A DNA stretch of 54,182 bases from Macrostomum lignano (taxonomy: Eukaryota), in assembly GCA_002269645.1 (NCBI GenBank), contig NIVC01004223.1:1-54182 (forward strand), given 5' to 3'. Below the pieces are notes generated by a model, which saw only the letters and a list, made by a program, of their open reading frames with translations, was not told where the DNA came from and searched no databases. Of this stretch, positions 53,336 through 54,182 are shown in pieces. Every line of letters starts with the position of its first letter. Within the stretch, counting starts at the first letter, position 1. The translations under genes were made by a program, and so were the position numbers.

Positions 53336-54182
53336 ACTTTAGCCCCAAATTTGTACAGTAAGTAGGCGGTTACTAATGTATATTGTATAATATTTGTTTT
53401 ACTACGACTGAAAATAAATTTAAATCACTTTTTTAAACTTATGCTTCTGATAGGTTGGAAGAGTTTGAAAAGACAAAACAATCAGATTATGCTACTTTCT
53501 TATCAGCAGTAGTATAGAAAGCTTATCAAAATAGTTGTAAAGTATAGTTTTTTATTCCGAGTTGCCTTAGCTAATTAATTATTACAAGTTTGCTTGGCAT
53601 TTGTAAGCGTACTATCGATCATCTGGTTAATTATGAGTCTAATTAAATATATATCTATAATCTGCTTTTTTTGTTAAGCAAAGCGCTGGTGTAGTGCTAT
53701 GCAAAGCTATATAAAAGGATATGAGACTGATGCGCTGATGGGAACCTTTAGGGAACCTTCGCTGCAGTTTAGCGGCTAACTGTATTATCCATGGCCGATT
53801 GGGCATCAGAATGAGGACATTATTAGGACTCTGCACTACATGTAGCTCCCTTTTTATCCGCTTAATTCTATCTACTTTCTTCTCCGCACAGTCTTAACTC
53901 TTACTAGTATGCAAGTTGTGTACTGTGTCCAAGTTTACCGATGCCTTAGTTTGAAAATAAGTGTGTAATTTAACTTTTTTTCTGCGCGCACATTTCATCA
54001 CTACAAATTCTCGAATTTAATCTGCTTAGTTGAGCAGAGATTTATTGCGAACTATTTACACCTGACTGGTGGTGGGAAATTTGACGGAGAGAGGACTCTG
54101 ATCGAGATAATTAGGTTTGTTAAGTATGGTGTGAAGAGGAGTCTTCGGGTCGTACGAAAATCTCGTAGATATTTGGTTTCAG

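Overview
This is eukaryotic (invertebrate-type) genomic DNA. The GC-rich intronless ORFs, RTE-like retroelements and dense 19-54 bp minisatellites would fit a free-living flatworm such as Macrostomum, but the host cannot be established from sequence alone. Positions 1 to ~14.8 kb hold most of a Polinton/Maverick (adintovirus-type) endogenous virus: major capsid protein, packaging ATPase, adenain-like protease, protein-primed PolB, rve integrase, parvovirus-type PLA2, an adenovirus pX-like core protein and several accessory ORFs. The left part, including any penton gene and left TIR, lies outside the window. Five of its genes carry ten inferred single-base indels, eight in homopolymer runs, so the real element may be intact. 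The most striking feature is next to the viral core: a putative HTH-protein gene behind a perfect four-pentamer heat-shock element plus TATA box, flanked by arrays of palindromic repeats. This suggests a stress-inducible regulatory module. The rest of the window is host DNA: an intronless kainate-type glutamate receptor, a short TRAF-like RING ORF, an orphan S/Q/R-rich ORF, two exons of an LNX-like RING gene, RTE fragments, MITEs, a non-autonomous hAT element, tRNA-derived SINE heads and about ten tandem-repeat arrays. All frameshift reconstructions and family assignments were made by eye without database searches.
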